Origin: Rhodothermales bacterium
GTDB taxonomy: Bacteria; Bacteroidota; Rhodothermia; Rhodothermales; VXPQ01
Assembly: GCA_040904565.1 (NCBI GenBank)
Contig: JBBDTI010000073.1
Coordinates: 1 to 22,034, forward strand
Direction of reading: 5' to 3'
Length of the DNA stretch: 22,034 bases
Part shown: piece after piece, positions 8,069 to 17,894 of the stretch
How positions within the stretch are numbered: the stretch's first letter is position 1
How the letters are laid out: the number at the start of each line of letters is the position of its first letter
Position numbers and translations under genes: made by a program
The notes under the pieces: generated by a model
Seen by the model: only the letters and a program-made list of their open reading frames with translations
Database searches by the model: none
Told to the model about the DNA's origin: nothing

Positions 8069-11000
8069 TTGTCCACTCACCGCCTCATATCTCACTCCGG
8101 GCGCATCGTCCGCTTTGCGGCATACGCCTTCGCTGCGGCCGTCGTCGCCTTCTTCGCCGTCACGCGAACCGAAGTCGGACGCGACGGCGTCCGTCAGGAA
8201 CTGATCCGTCAGTTCGACCGCTCGCTGCATGGGTCGCTGGAGATCGGTACGCTCAGCGGGAACGTCGTCAACCGGCTTTCCGCCTCGAACGTCGTCGTGC
8301 GAGACTCATCCGGACGCCCGGTCGTGGTCATCGATTCCGTCGTCTTTCATCCGTCCTGGAACGAGCTGTTCCGACGTACCGTTTCCGCGGGACGCGTAAC
8401 GCTCGTTCGCCCGAAAGTCTACCTGCACCAGGCAGCCGGCGCGGGCTGGTCGATCCATTCCGCCTTTCAGGTCGTCTCCGGCACCGACCCACCGGCGGAA
8501 TGGTCGTTTCGATCCACTCGCATCGACATCGTCGAAGGGCACGTCCGGTCGCAGTCGAATGCTCCCGGTCCCGAGGTCGTTCGGAACGGCAGCATGTTCG
8601 ATTGGACGAATGCGGACGTTGAACGCATTTCAGGGCGGATGCTGGTGGATTGGGAACCGGATTTGAAGCTCGTCGACGTGCTGGAGCTGCGCGGACGGCT
8701 CGACGACGAAAACATCCAGATCGATACGCTGAGGGGCCAGCTCGTGCTCGAGAACGGTGCACTTGCCGTCAATGAAGCGCATCTCCGCACATCGGCGAGC
8801 ACGCTCCATCTCAACGGCTCGATCACACCGCTGGAGGCGCTGCAATCTGATCCGGGAAGCGCACGTATCGGACTGGACGTCGTCTCGAGCACACTGGACG
8901 GCGACGAGCTCAGCCGTCTCTTCCCAAAGCTGAACCTGCGTGGAAGAGTTGCGACGAGTGCACGACTGAGCGGACCGATCGATAGTATCGCCGTCGAACA
9001 CGTCCGCGCCAGCACGGGCGGGTCCGAGATAGAACTGAGCGGCACGATTCGCAGCCTGCCCGAATCGATCGTTTATGATCTCGCTCTCCGTCCGAGCACG
9101 GTCCGATCGCACGATCTCCGCTCCATATGGCCCGAGACGCCCGTTCCCTCGTTTCAGCATGTGGGCACGGTGACGCTTGAATCCGTTTCCAGCGGCACCG
9201 TCCGGTTTGCTGAAACGAGCCGGCCGTTGCGGTGGGAAGATCGTACCGATTTTCGTGTGGAAAGTGATGCTGGCGGACTGGAAGGCAGCGCCGGCGTGGC
9301 GATCGGCGGGCTCGACTCCGTTCAGGTGCGCGGTCGTGCGAATTTCACCTCGATAGACGCCGGGCACCTTTTCGATCACACGTGGCTGACGAGCAACCTG
9401 AACGGCGTCGTGCACTTCGACGCCGCGGGTGCGCGTTTTGCAGACGCATCAGGACGTGCCCTCGTGTCTCTCGACGCGTCCAGCTGGGCCGATCGGTCCG
9501 TCGACACGCTGAGCCTGAACCTCTCCGGCGCCCGCCGGGCGATCGAAGGAACGGTGTATGCAGCTCACGGCGGGTCGAGCCTCCGCGCCGGCCTCGAGGC
9601 CGTCTGGGCGCCCGGTCGTCCGTCCTATCAAATCGCGGGACGGTTCGAAGACGTCGACGTGGGTATGCTCCTGCTGAACGATTCGCTGTCGTCCGCGCTA
9701 ACCGCCGACTTCGAGCTCGACGGCAGCGGCCGAACCTGGACGGATTTTGAAGGGCATGCGTCGTACGCTTTCGAACCATCGCAGCTGCGCTACAAATCAA
9801 GGCTCCACGCGATCCCGTCCCACCGGTCCCAACTGGCGATTCGCCAGAGCGATGTAGGATCGCCGCTCATCGACGTGAGCGGCGACATCCTCCACATGCA
9901 GGTCTCGGGCGACGTCGCCCTACGTCCTCTAGCACTCCTATCGCGCTATTGGATTGGAGAGATCGCACGATCCGTCGAGGAAGAACGCGATAAGCCGTAC
10001 AGACTCGCTGGAGGCGTGCAAAACGAACCGACGTCTTTCGCAGTCCCCAACCTGGAGGCGGACCGGGACGTGGCAGGCGTCGCGCCGCAGTCCGTGGACG
10101 TTCACCTGCAGTTTCACCGATCCGATATCCTCACGAATTTCCTGCCGGTCCTTCCCGTCTTGCGTACGAACCTGAACGGCGAGGCGTCCGTGCAGATGGA
10201 CGACGATCGGTTCGATCTCAGCCTCCGGCTCCAGGCCGACTCGGTCTATCTGGGTACCCTTACGGCGAACGACGTACGTCTGGAACTGACGGCAGACGCC
10301 ACGGCCTCGCCATCCGTGTCGCGAACGCTCTCGGCCAACCTCTTCGCAGGTGCATCCGAACTCGCTGCGGGAGATCGAACGCTCGAGCACCCCTCCATTA
10401 CGTCCAGCTACGAGAACCGCGGGTTCGATCTCGAAATCGGCGCGGACGTCCCACAGACGGCCGCCCCGCTCCGTCTGCGAGCACGCATGGACCTCCTCCA
10501 GGACCGCAATCGACTTGTAATCCGCGAGTTCCAGGTCGGTGGTCAGCGGGAGATCTGGACGACGCAAGGCCTCAACGTAGTCGACTTCTTCCAAGAGGCG
10601 ATGTACGTTCGCGGGATTCGTGTCGTGCGAAAGGTGGATGAGCGTTCCGAGCGTCTTCCGGATATCTCACCGCAGCTCTCGCCGCAAATTTCGGAATATC
10701 TCGAGATCGCCGGCACGCTTTCGAGCGCGCCGGAAGATACCCTGTTCGTGCGCGCACGAGGCGTCTCGATGGAGCACGCGGGCGGACTCCTTGGCGTGGA
10801 GAGTCAGGTTGGTGGGCGACTCGACGGGCGCCTTGCGTTTACCGGGTTCGATCGGCATCCGGAGCTCACGGGCCGTGTCGACATCGATCAGCTCAGCTAC
10901 CGGGACCGCCACCTGGGGCGCCTGACGGCTACGAGCGCGTACGTTCCTGGATCACCCGAGGTCGCGCTACACCTGGCGCTGGCTCCGAGTCCGCCTGCCG

Positions 11001-12781
11001 ACTCCACCTTGATGGTCGAAGAGAGCGACGTGACGGTCGCCGGAACGTTCCGGCTTCCCTCAATCGGTCGAGCCGGAACATCGCAGGACCCCGGTTCCCT
11101 GGACCTGGATGTCGACGTTGCTCGAGCCGATGCCTTCTTCTTCGACTTCCTGTTCCGTGACCTCGTCGCCGATGCCTCAGGAATCATCGAGGGGACCGGA
11201 CACGTCGGCGGCGATTTCTCCGCACCTGTTTTCGACGCAGCACTCGATTTCCAACAAGCTAGCTTCCGGATGCCTGCCTTCGGACTCTCCTACGAGCTGT
11301 CCGGTCCGGTTACGATCGACCGCTCGGGGATACACCTGGAGGACGTCCAGCTCGCCGACTCGAACGGGGGCGACGGTGTGGTCGGCGGCTCCATCCTGTT
11401 CAACGAATACAGGTATTTCTCCTTCGATCTCGCAGCCGAGCTGGATGACGTCGTCGTGATGAACGTGCCGCAATCCCGCGACCTGCCGTTCTACGGACGC
11501 ATTTACGCCTCGGGGGGGGTTCGACTTTCCGGCCCCATATCGAATGCCCTCCTCGAGTCGTCCAATATACGGGCCAGTCCCGAGAGCGACCTCTTCATCC
11601 CCATATCCGAGTCCGCCTCCGCGACGGATGCCGGATTCATCGTGTTCGCAGACTCGATGGGCAACGTGCCGGACTTCGCGGGTCTGTCCCGTCGAAACAG
11701 CCTCCTCGCCCAGCGACCTGAGGGCGAGCGACCGTTCCTCGACGGACTCGATATGGACCTCAATATTCTGGCACCACAGGGATCTACGGTGCATCTCGTC
11801 ATCGACCCACTGCTTGGCGACGTCATCAATGCCGTCGGCAGCGGGCGCGTACAGCTCGTCCGAGAGGAAGGTGACTTTTCGACCTACGGCACGTTCTCCG
11901 TTTCCTCAGGCGACTATCTCTTTACGGCAGGCGAGGTGTTTTTTCGCCGGTTCCTGATCGAGAGCGGTACGATTACGTGGGACGGCGATCCTCTGAATGC
12001 CATGCTGAATATCTCCGCGACCTATCGCACCAGGGCGTCGACGGAAGGACTCGGGCTGGCGGGACAGGAGCGGCGCCTCATCCCTTTGATCATCGAACTG
12101 GACGTCAGCGGACGGGTGGCGACGCCCATCGTCGACCTGGCGCTGTCGGTCGACCGATCGGATCGCAATCTCATCGGGGGTTACGATGGGCTCGAAGCCC
12201 TATTGAATCGACCGGAACATGCCGCTCAGTACGCCACGAGCGTCCTGCTGACGAATTCTTTCCTGCTATCGGCTACGTCCGACGATACCTTCGCACACAC
12301 GCGCAGCCAGCTGGCCTTCAATAGTCTCTCCCAGCTCGTCGCCGGCCAGCTCAACAGGTACCTGAACTACGCCCTCCCCAACGTCGACCTCAGTCTCGGC
12401 GTACAGGGTGAGAGCGCACAGGACCTGGACGTGACCTACGGCGTCGCGCTTCGACTGCTTGAAGAACGACTCATCATTCGCGGACAGGGGATCTACCAGA
12501 ACGATCAGGTCCAGCGCCAGCAGCAGGGGGTGCTCGACGAGTTCGTCGTCGAAGTCCGCCTCAATCCCCAGGTATCCATGGAGGTGTTCTATCGAAGAGA
12601 GGGCGATATCTTGAGCACGGAAGCGCTCAACACGAGCACGACGGGGGCGGGCCTTTCCTATCAGACCGAATTCTCGACGTGGCGCCGCCTCATCGAGCGC
12701 CTCTTCGGCTGGGTTCTCCCGGAGACCGGCGGCGATCAATCCGACGAGGACGCCGTCGCCGGAACGAGCGACGAACGTTGA
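8069..12781 (+). CDS. tamB: Translocation/assembly module TamB (AsmA-like, DUF490) protein
   Basis: 1570 aa, single N-terminal membrane anchor, long beta-rich glycine-turn repeats, C-terminal GDYLF...FLIESGTITWDGDP.NA.LNI.A.Y and GAGLSYQTEF typical of TamB. TTG start uncertain. Confidence 0.82.
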   Translation: MSTHRLISHSGRIVRFAAYAFAAAVVAFFAVTRTEVGRDGVRQELIRQFDRSLHGSLEIGTLSGNVVNRLSASNVVVRDSSGRPVVVIDSVVFHPSWNELFRRTVSAGRVTLVRPKVYLHQAAGAGWSIHSAFQVVSGTDPPAEWSFRSTRIDIVEGHVRSQSNAPGPEVVRNGSMFDWTNADVERISGRMLVDWEPDLKLVDVLELRGRLDDENIQIDTLRGQLVLENGALAVNEAHLRTSASTLHLNGSITPLEALQSDPGSARIGLDVVSSTLDGDELSRLFPKLNLRGRVATSARLSGPIDSIAVEHVRASTGGSEIELSGTIRSLPESIVYDLALRPSTVRSHDLRSIWPETPVPSFQHVGTVTLESVSSGTVRFAETSRPLRWEDRTDFRVESDAGGLEGSAGVAIGGLDSVQVRGRANFTSIDAGHLFDHTWLTSNLNGVVHFDAAGARFADASGRALVSLDASSWADRSVDTLSLNLSGARRAIEGTVYAAHGGSSLRAGLEAVWAPGRPSYQIAGRFEDVDVGMLLLNDSLSSALTADFELDGSGRTWTDFEGHASYAFEPSQLRYKSRLHAIPSHRSQLAIRQSDVGSPLIDVSGDILHMQVSGDVALRPLALLSRYWIGEIARSVEEERDKPYRLAGGVQNEPTSFAVPNLEADRDVAGVAPQSVDVHLQFHRSDILTNFLPVLPVLRTNLNGEASVQMDDDRFDLSLRLQADSVYLGTLTANDVRLELTADATASPSVSRTLSANLFAGASELAAGDRTLEHPSITSSYENRGFDLEIGADVPQTAAPLRLRARMDLLQDRNRLVIREFQVGGQREIWTTQGLNVVDFFQEAMYVRGIRVVRKVDERSERLPDISPQLSPQISEYLEIAGTLSSAPEDTLFVRARGVSMEHAGGLLGVESQVGGRLDGRLAFTGFDRHPELTGRVDIDQLSYRDRHLGRLTATSAYVPGSPEVALHLALAPSPPADSTLMVEESDVTVAGTFRLPSIGRAGTSQDPGSLDLDVDVARADAFFFDFLFRDLVADASGIIEGTGHVGGDFSAPVFDAALDFQQASFRMPAFGLSYELSGPVTIDRSGIHLEDVQLADSNGGDGVVGGSILFNEYRYFSFDLAAELDDVVVMNVPQSRDLPFYGRIYASGGVRLSGPISNALLESSNIRASPESDLFIPISESASATDAGFIVFADSMGNVPDFAGLSRRNSLLAQRPEGERPFLDGLDMDLNILAPQGSTVHLVIDPLLGDVINAVGSGRVQLVREEGDFSTYGTFSVSSGDYLFTAGEVFFRRFLIESGTITWDGDPLNAMLNISATYRTRASTEGLGLAGQERRLIPLIIELDVSGRVATPIVDLALSVDRSDRNLIGGYDGLEALLNRPEHAAQYATSVLLTNSFLLSATSDDTFAHTRSQLAFNSLSQLVAGQLNRYLNYALPNVDLSLGVQGESAQDLDVTYGVALRLLEERLIIRGQGIYQNDQVQRQQQGVLDEFVVEVRLNPQVSMEVFYRREGDILSTEALNTSTTGAGLSYQTEFSTWRRLIERLFGWVLPETGGDQSDEDAVAGTSDER

Positions 12782-12850
12782 ATCTGCGTTAATTGCGCGG
12801 ATTCGCCAGAATTTCGGACCGTCTTGGTCTACCAGACGTATCTTTCTTCT
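12780..12850 (+). terminator. Two hairpins after tamB; possible weak terminator or stability element
   Basis: GAATCTGCGT/GCGCGGATTC stem (12780-12804, two G-U) then CGTC(T)TGG/CCAGACG (12820-12838) followed by pyrimidine-rich TATCTTTCTTCT. Confidence 0.3.
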
Positions 12851-12887
12851 GAAAATCCATCAAATTGTACATTCAAGAGCCTTTTAC

Positions 12888-15008
12888 GTGTCCCAGATAG
12901 CATCCGCGGAGCGCATCAAGCGCGACATTCTCAGCCTGCTCAAAAACAACGGCAACAAGGCCTATCACGCCAAGCAGATCGCGAAGGAGCTGCGTTATAA
13001 GGACAATCAGACATTCGATCGCTTTCAGAGCGTTCTCGCCAATCTTGAGGACGAGCGGTTGATCGACCGCGTGAAGGGCGGCCGTTACACGTTCAGGATT
13101 CAGCCTTCAAAGGTGGAAGGCGTGCTTCGCGTAAACGCCAAAGGCTTCGGATTCGTCGAGGTCGAAGATCGCGACGAAGATATCTTCGTGCGCGAGAGCA
13201 ATATGGAGACCGCTCTCGATGGAGACCGGGTCCTGGTCGGACTCGCCGCGCCCAGCCGTGGCGATCGTCGCCGCGAAGGAGAAGTGCTGAGCGTTATCGA
13301 ACGCAAGCGTACGCAAACGGTCGGCACCTTCCAGAAGCAGGGGCATTTTGCTTTCGTCGTCCCTGACGACAAGCGACTCACGCAAGACATCTACGTGCCG
13401 TCCGAGGCCTTCAACGAGGCCGACAATGGGGACAAAGTGGTCGTATCTATCGACCGATTCGACGATCGCAAGGCATCGCCCGAAGGCCGCGTGCTGCAGG
13501 TCATCGGTGCCGGAGACGATCCATCCGTACGCGTCCTCTCTCTCGCCATGAGCCTCGACATTCGGTCCGGTTTCCCGGACGAGGTGATACGAGAAACGCA
13601 GGCGGTCCGCGATGCCATCCCACGGGAGGAGATCGATCGACGTGTCGACCTGCGCGAGAAACCGATCTTCACGATCGACCCGGAAGACGCGAAGGATTTC
13701 GACGACGCCATTCACGTCCTCGACCTGCCGAACGGGAATCTCGAGGTGGGCGTCCATATCGCCGACGTGAGCCATTACGTTAAGACCAATACGGAGCTTG
13801 ATGCGGAAGCACTCCAGCGAGGCACGAGCGTCTATCTGGTCGACCGCGTCATCCCGATGTTGCCCGAGAAGCTCTCGAACAAGGTCTGCTCGCTGCGGCC
13901 GGATGAGGACAAGCTGGCGTTTTCGATCATCATGGAGGTGACCTCGCAGGGCGACGTGAAGGAGTATGAGATTGCCGAGACGGTCATCCGCTCTCACGCT
14001 CGGTTCACCTACGACGAGGCACAGCAGTTTATTCAGGGCGGCTACCCTGAGAATGCCTTCTCGGACCACGTCGTCCGAGCGGCGCGGCTCTCGCGCACGC
14101 TGACGTCGAAGCGGATGCGCGCAGGGTCCATCGACTTCGATATCCCGGAGATCCGCGTGATTCTCAACGATGACGGAAGCCCCAAAAAACTCGTCCGAAA
14201 AGAACGCATCGAGGCGAACCGGCTCGTTGAGGAACTGATGTTGCTCGCCAACCGGACGGTGGCGGCGCATGTAGGCGCTCGAAAGAATGCGAAACCGTTC
14301 GTATATCGCATCCACGACGCGCCCGACTCCGAGCGGATTACGAAGCTCGCCGAATACGTACGCGCATTCGGGCATACGCTCGAGGTCAACGACGGCAGAG
14401 TGGATTCCAAGAGCCTGAACGCCCTCCTGAAAAAGGTCAAGGGGAAACCCGAAGAGCCGGTGATCGAGCAGGCCTCGCTCCGGGCGATGTCCAAAGCCAT
14501 CTATTCGACCGAGAATATCGGTCACTTCGGGCTCGCGTTCGAGCACTACTCGCATTTTACGAGTCCCATCCGGCGGTATCCGGACCTGATGGTGCACCGC
14601 CTGCTGAAACGCTACGCCAGGAACGGCGGCCAGGTCGGCGAAGAGACCCTGAAGGCGAATTGCAGGCATTGCTCGGAGCGCGAACAGATCGCCGTCGAGG
14701 CCGAACGGGAATCCGTGAAGCTGAAACAGGTCGAATACATCCGCCAGCACGTGGGTGACGAATTCGACGGCGTCGTGAGCGGCGTCACCAAGTTCGGCAT
14801 CTTCGTCGAACTCACCGAGCTGCTCGTCGAAGGCATGGTGCACGTCCGAGACCTCAACGACGACTACTACGAGTACGATGAGAGCACGTATAGCCTCGTC
14901 GGTCGCGATAGCGGACGTACGTACAAGCTGGGAAGCAGCGTTCGCGTCCAGGTTGCCGGCGCCAATCTCGAATCGCGCGAGATCGACTTTCGGTTCGTCG
15001 ACCGATAA
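12888..15008 (+). CDS. rnr: Ribonuclease R
   Basis: N-terminal HTH-like region, cold-shock domains (KGFGFV), RNB catalytic motif TIDPEDAKDFDDA, VHIADVSHYV, RGTSVYL, HFTSPIRRYPDL, C-terminal S1 domain; GTG start. Confidence 0.95.
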   Translation: MSQIASAERIKRDILSLLKNNGNKAYHAKQIAKELRYKDNQTFDRFQSVLANLEDERLIDRVKGGRYTFRIQPSKVEGVLRVNAKGFGFVEVEDRDEDIFVRESNMETALDGDRVLVGLAAPSRGDRRREGEVLSVIERKRTQTVGTFQKQGHFAFVVPDDKRLTQDIYVPSEAFNEADNGDKVVVSIDRFDDRKASPEGRVLQVIGAGDDPSVRVLSLAMSLDIRSGFPDEVIRETQAVRDAIPREEIDRRVDLREKPIFTIDPEDAKDFDDAIHVLDLPNGNLEVGVHIADVSHYVKTNTELDAEALQRGTSVYLVDRVIPMLPEKLSNKVCSLRPDEDKLAFSIIMEVTSQGDVKEYEIAETVIRSHARFTYDEAQQFIQGGYPENAFSDHVVRAARLSRTLTSKRMRAGSIDFDIPEIRVILNDDGSPKKLVRKERIEANRLVEELMLLANRTVAAHVGARKNAKPFVYRIHDAPDSERITKLAEYVRAFGHTLEVNDGRVDSKSLNALLKKVKGKPEEPVIEQASLRAMSKAIYSTENIGHFGLAFEHYSHFTSPIRRYPDLMVHRLLKRYARNGGQVGEETLKANCRHCSEREQIAVEAERESVKLKQVEYIRQHVGDEFDGVVSGVTKFGIFVELTELLVEGMVHVRDLNDDYYEYDESTYSLVGRDSGRTYKLGSSVRVQVAGANLESREIDFRFVDR

Positions 15009-15026
15009 ACCGTGACGGAAAGATCC

Positions 15027-15785
15027 ATGAGCGATCACACGGTGATCGTTACCGGCGGAGCACAGGGTATCGGTAAGGCGATCGCCATTCGACTCGCCGC
15101 TGACGGATACGGCGTCGTGATCGCGGACATCGACCGCGTTGCCGGTCGCGAAACGGTCGAAGAGATCGGTAACCCGGAACGTGTAACGTTTGTTGAAACG
15201 AACGTGGCGGACGAGGCGTCCGTCCAGCGCATGGTTCGGCAGTCCGTAGAGCGCGATGGTACCCTGACGGCACTCGTAAACAATGCCGCCATAGCGAATC
15301 CCCACACGGGTCGGATTGAAGAACTCCAGCTGGACGACTGGAACCGTGTGCTCGACACCAATCTAACCGGGTCGTTTCTCTGTACGAAGCACTCGGCAGC
15401 CCACCTCCGTGCATCGACCGGTGCGATCGTCAACATCGCCTCGACGCGGGCCATCATGTCCGAGCCGCACACGGAAGCATACAGCGCCGCGAAAGGGGGC
15501 CTCGTCGCGCTGACGCACGCTCTGGCGAACAGTCTCGCACCGGACGTACGGGTCAACTGCGTGAGTCCAGGATGGATCGCAACGCAGGCATGGCAGCGGT
15601 CGGACCGCCGTCGCGAACCGGAGCTGCGGCCGGAGGATCACGCACAGCATCTTACGGGACGCGTAGGTACCCCTGGAGACATCGCCGCGATCATCGCCTT
15701 CCTTCTCTCGTCCGAAGCCGGCTTCGTGACCGGGCAGCAATTCGTCGCCGACGGCGGGATGACGCGGAAGATGATCTACCGGTGA
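15027..15785 (+). CDS. Classical short-chain dehydrogenase/reductase
   Basis: TGGAQGIG, acidic ADID (NAD preference), LVNNAA, NIASTRA..SEP..EAYSAAKGG, RVNCVSPGWI, FVTGQ..VADGG. ATG 15027 preferred over GTG 15012. Confidence 0.92.
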   Translation: MSDHTVIVTGGAQGIGKAIAIRLAADGYGVVIADIDRVAGRETVEEIGNPERVTFVETNVADEASVQRMVRQSVERDGTLTALVNNAAIANPHTGRIEELQLDDWNRVLDTNLTGSFLCTKHSAAHLRASTGAIVNIASTRAIMSEPHTEAYSAAKGGLVALTHALANSLAPDVRVNCVSPGWIATQAWQRSDRRREPELRPEDHAQHLTGRVGTPGDIAAIIAFLLSSEAGFVTGQQFVADGGMTRKMIYR

Positions 15786-15789
15786 CCGA

Positions 15790-17805
15790 TCAGGTCACTT
15801 CGAGGTCGTAGGTGGTAACGTACGCTTCGGCCGCATAAAACTCGGGCAGGCCGAGCGCGTTCAGAGCGCGCGCCGTATCGGTGTTACGGTCCTGAGCGCG
15901 CTGCCAGAACTCGCGCTCGTCGTACGCCCCCGGAAACATGGCTCGATCCTTCTGGCTCTCGTGCTTGTAGATGGCTTCGACCTTGCGATCCAGATCGGCC
16001 TTTGAGAGCGGAAGGAAGACGTCGGCTCGGTAGATCTCCCATTCCTGCCAGGCGCCGCGATACAACCACACCTTAGGCCTGATCCTCGACGCGGCCCGGT
16101 TCGCTTTTCCGTTCGTCTGATTCCCCTCGGAAGCCTCCTCCTTCTCCTTGCCGGATCCTCCTTTCTCGTTCCTGTCGTTGTACTCGCCCAACGCCCTTCC
16201 GATCGCCTGGTAGCACATGCGATGGGTACCGTGCGGATCCGACAGGTCGCCTGCCACGAAGATATGAGCAGGTTGGATTTCTTCGATGAAGTCGAGAACG
16301 ACCTTGACATCGGCCGGACCGACGGGATCCTTGCGCACGCGCCCCGTCTTGTAAAAAGGCATGTCGAGAAATCGAGCGTTCTCGGCACCCAGCCCCATCA
16401 CTTCGAGACCTTCGATCGCCTCCGCATACCTGATGTAGGCCTTCATCGCCTGGACCTCGTCCATGTCGACCGAACCCGGCGCTTTCTTCTCGAGAAACTT
16501 CAGAATCCGCACCCGCTGTGCGGAGAGGTCGTTTTTGCCGTCCTCGGTGAGTCCCAGCACATCCTGGCTGAGATCGATGAAACGAAGATACCTGCGCACG
16601 TCCGCATCGAAGACCGCCACGGATCCGTTCGTCATGTACGCGACGCGGATCTCGTTGCCGTTTGCGACGAGCTTGTCGAGCATCCCTCCCATCGAGATGA
16701 CGTCGTCATCAGGATGCGGGCTGAACACGATCACCTTTTCCCCTTTTATCAGACTGTCGCGATAGGTCACCCGCTGCCGCAAGTCCTCGAAGACGGTCCG
16801 ACATAGGTTGTCGATGTGGTCGTACGCGTATACCAGCTCGTGAAGATTATTGCGGTAGAAGTCGGACTCCTCCAGCGTCAGTATCGCTTTCCCGAGCTTT
16901 TCGCTGAGCCAGATGACGGCTCTCTTGCCCATCATCGGCGTCCACTCGACGTGCTTGACGAGCCATGGTGTCTTTTCCCTCGTCAGCTCGCTGGCGGCGG
17001 ACCGATCCGCATAAATCGTGGCGTTGCGGTGATGCTGGAGGTAACTGGCCGTAACGCGCCGATTCGGTTCTTCCTCCACGGCGCGGCGAAGAATGGGAGC
17101 CTTGTGTTCACCCGTGGCGAGCAGGATGATCTCGCGTGCTTCCAGAATGGTCCCAACGCCCATCGTGAGCGCCTGTCTCGGCACGTTCTCTTCACCGAAG
17201 AAATCACTCGCGGCATCCTTGCGCGTGATCTCGTCGAGAACGATGAGACGCGTCCTGGTGTCGGCGGCCGATCCCGGCTCGTTGAACCCGATGTGACCGC
17301 TCCGCCCGATCCCCAGCATGAGCAGATCGAAGCCGCCAGCCCTTTCGATTTCATGCTCGTACATCGCACAATATGCTTCGACATCGTCCCGAGGAATGTC
17401 GCCCTCGGGGATGTGAATGTTCTTCTCGGGGATGTTGACGTGATCGAAGAAATTCTCCCGCATGAAGCGATGGTAGCTCTGCAGGCTCTCCGGATCGATA
17501 GGGTAATATTCGTCCAGATTGAAGGTCACGACACCGGAGAAATCGAGCTCGTCTTCCTCGTGCATGCGGATCAGGTTCTGGTAGACGCCGATGGGCGTCG
17601 AACCGGTCGGAAGACCCAGTACGACATTCTTTCCGACGGTCTTGCCCTCTTCGATCAATCCGGCGATGCGTTTCGCGACCTGACGTGCCATCGTTCCAGG
17701 CTCGTCGAAAATCAGTACGGGTACGCGCTCGAGCTGCGCGCCTGGAATAGACGACCGGGACGACGACATCTCTCTCGTTACCGATCGATCCTGAAAGGTG
17801 CTCAT
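15790..17805 (-). CDS. nagB: Glucosamine-6-phosphate deaminase fused to C-terminal PIG-L/LmbE-like domain
   Basis: LGLPTGSTP, TFNLDEYY, GHIGFNEPG, ALTMGVGTI; C-terminal SPHPDDDVISMGG, DPHGTH, WLYRGAW, HESQKD. Start could be at 17805 or a downstream Met. Confidence 0.93.
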   Translation of the reverse strand: MSTFQDRSVTREMSSSRSSIPGAQLERVPVLIFDEPGTMARQVAKRIAGLIEEGKTVGKNVVLGLPTGSTPIGVYQNLIRMHEEDELDFSGVVTFNLDEYYPIDPESLQSYHRFMRENFFDHVNIPEKNIHIPEGDIPRDDVEAYCAMYEHEIERAGGFDLLMLGIGRSGHIGFNEPGSAADTRTRLIVLDEITRKDAASDFFGEENVPRQALTMGVGTILEAREIILLATGEHKAPILRRAVEEEPNRRVTASYLQHHRNATIYADRSAASELTREKTPWLVKHVEWTPMMGKRAVIWLSEKLGKAILTLEESDFYRNNLHELVYAYDHIDNLCRTVFEDLRQRVTYRDSLIKGEKVIVFSPHPDDDVISMGGMLDKLVANGNEIRVAYMTNGSVAVFDADVRRYLRFIDLSQDVLGLTEDGKNDLSAQRVRILKFLEKKAPGSVDMDEVQAMKAYIRYAEAIEGLEVMGLGAENARFLDMPFYKTGRVRKDPVGPADVKVVLDFIEEIQPAHIFVAGDLSDPHGTHRMCYQAIGRALGEYNDRNEKGGSGKEKEEASEGNQTNGKANRAASRIRPKVWLYRGAWQEWEIYRADVFLPLSKADLDRKVEAIYKHESQKDRAMFPGAYDEREFWQRAQDRNTDTARALNALGLPEFYAAEAYVTTYDLEVT

Positions 17806-17894
17806 GACGGAATGTGTCCGATGGTAGGTAAGTCTATACTACGATACGGCCCGTCCGCCGCGACGCGACGGCTCGCGGATAGCGGTCCGGCCGT

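Noticed and set aside
10640-10693. Micro-duplications in tamB (ERS-ERL, ISPQ-LSPQ-IS)
   Set aside because: Short in-frame loop expansions without evidence of function or phase variation.
13107-15305. 732-aa minus-strand ORF opposite rnr/SDR
   Set aside because: Antisense shadow of well-supported genes; long stop-free reverse frames are expected with GC-rich codon bias; no recognisable motifs.
17806-17894. glmS-type ribozyme or riboswitch upstream of nagB
   Set aside because: Only an irregular GC-rich ACGGCC...GGCCGT hairpin in an 89-bp spacer; no consensus motif recognised.
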